DNA of 24,393 bases, taken from IMG/VR virus record IMGVR_UViG_3300027586_001229, positions 1 to 24,393 of that record, one strand, 5' to 3'. The DNA comes from a virus. Lineage: Duplodnaviria; Caudoviricetes. Numbering within the stretch: position 1 is the first letter of the stretch; each line of letters starts with the position of its first letter. Positions 24,219 to 24,393 of the stretch are shown here, piece by piece. Under the pieces are notes generated by a model, which had not been told where the DNA came from, ran no database searches, and saw only the letters and a list, made by a program, of their open reading frames with translations. The translations under genes and the position numbers were made by a program.

Positions 24219-24392
24219 TTATTTCTCCTTTCTTAGCGGGATAGTAATTAGCCACACTATTGTTACTGCCATTACAGCAATACCAACAATGTCTCTTGCT
24301 GATCCCGTCAAAGTTAGCCATGCGATAAAGAAGCCCAGGAGGGTGAATGCTTGTGCAATTAATTCCATACCTGCGTCTTTAAACCATTTAGT
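24219..24392 (-). CDS. Partial 2-TM membrane protein (3' part)
   Basis: ...TKWFKDAGMELIAQAFTLLGFFIAWLTLTGSARDIVGIAVMAVTIVWLITIPLRKEK*; open to the window edge. Confidence 0.7.
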   Translation of the reverse strand, partial: TKWFKDAGMELIAQAFTLLGFFIAWLTLTGSARDIVGIAVMAVTIVWLITIPLRKEK

Positions 24393-24393
24393 T

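Noticed and set aside
889-24236. Antisense or alternate-frame ORFs in the track (e.g. 889-1071, 2234-2440, 2853-3197, 3847-4131, 5828-6133, 6130-6339, 13760-14122, 21851-22159, 24033-24236)
   Set aside because: They overlap well-supported genes, lack SD or coupling and show no motifs; treated as shadow ORFs.
1-24393. CRISPR array, IS element, intron/intein or alternative genetic code
   Set aside because: No spaced direct repeats, transposase or splicing motifs were seen; all three stop codons end genes normally and coding density is high under code 11.

Overview
This is a 24.4 kb, AT-rich, densely coding segment of what is most likely a large tailed phage of freshwater Actinobacteria. The evidence is a WhiB regulator, leaderless TGnTATAAT promoters, a secreted protease with an acI/Nanopelagicales-style C-terminal motif, CHAP endolysin and holin-like genes, and a tRNA-Asn. 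No capsid, tail or replication genes are present. The window is dominated by modification enzymes: about seven 2OG-Fe(II) oxygenases, two GT61-like and one GT-A/GT60-like glycosyltransferase, an NTP-transferase-HAD/cupin/GDPD-like operon, an APS-kinase-HIGH fusion, a NodU/CmcH carbamoyltransferase and three SGNH-fold proteins. The top observation is a translationally coupled array: SGNH - Lys-rich peptide ending YVY - SGNH - Lys-rich peptide ending FIY - carbamoyltransferase. It resembles a cytoplasmic carbamoyl version of the tyrosine-peptide acyl shuttle used by DltX/DltD-type systems. Both peptides are missing from the ORF track. Other notable items are an AKKSSGGGxxxxVAL C-terminal tail shared by the endolysin and a distant holin-like protein, and a promoter embedded in an RBS-occluding hairpin. 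All product calls come from motif recognition by eye, not from database searches.
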